A DNA stretch of 64,000 nucleotides from Octopus sinensis (Eukaryota): NCBI RefSeq assembly GCF_006345805.1, contig NC_043021.1:11842001-11906000 (forward strand), written 5' to 3'. Below are positions 63,473 through 64,000 of this stretch, in pieces; within the stretch, counting starts at the first letter, position 1, and the number at the start of each line of letters is the position of its first letter. Under the pieces are notes generated by a model. The model saw only the letters and a program-made list of their open reading frames with translations, was not told where the DNA came from and did no database searches. The position numbers were made by a program, and so were the translations under genes.

Positions 63473-64000
63473 TTTGTAAGGTTGCCTAAATTTCTTTTAA
63501 ATTTGCAATTTCAATAAGAATCCGTCAACGCCATTAATTTATGGAGAAAGAAATCCAACATGAATCTCCAACACAAATTTTACCACAATGGGGTCTGTTT
63601 TCTTCTGATGCAATTTCTTCTCCTTTGATACGTCAAGATTTTCTTTTCATTTTGTAAGGTTGTTAAAATTTAGTTTTTCTTTAAATTTTAATTTGCAATT
63701 TCAATAAGAATCCTTTAATTTAACACCAATAAATTAAGGATGAAGAAACCCAACATGAAACTTGAACAAACATTTCCCATGATGGGGTTTGATTGTTGTT
63801 GGTTTTTTTGTTTTGCATTGGTTTCTTTTTTTATTTGTTACAATGTCCCCAAAGAGTTTTGTTACCATACTTGCATCCATTAATAATTAAAGAATTCACC
63901 TAATTTTATCGACTGGAGTTAACGAAATATGAAAATATTCCATCAGTTTTCTTAAAAGAGTTATACATGGAGTAAAATTTTCAGTCTCAGAAGAAAAGCA

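Noticed and set aside
62473-63517. Plus-strand ORFs overlapping the zinc-finger gene
   Set aside because: Antisense shadows of repetitive finger codons.

Overview
AT-rich, repeat-dense metazoan genomic DNA. The SINE content, microsatellite load and intronless C2H2 gene suggest an octopus/coleoid cephalopod (inference). Most of the window (1132-50632, + strand) is one argininosuccinate lyase (ASL) gene that I reconstructed by hand as 16 phase-consistent GT-AG coding exons; the ORF track missed almost all of them. Its 5' end is unusual: two MSEE start exons and an extra 43-codon cassette with a basic NLS-like motif and two acceptors, each in frame with a different upstream exon. A convergent intronless 13-finger C2H2 gene lies at 62339-63472 (-), preceded by a duplicated start region that forms a uORF. 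Introns hold tRNA-derived SINEs, LINE fragments (RTE-like, CR1/L2-like), hAT-, Merlin-, piggyBac- and Tc1/mariner-type MITEs, non-autonomous Helitrons, long fold-backs, and several type I hammerhead-ribozyme-like motifs. Most short ORFs in the track are repeat artefacts. All coordinates were counted by eye, and repeat boundaries are approximate.
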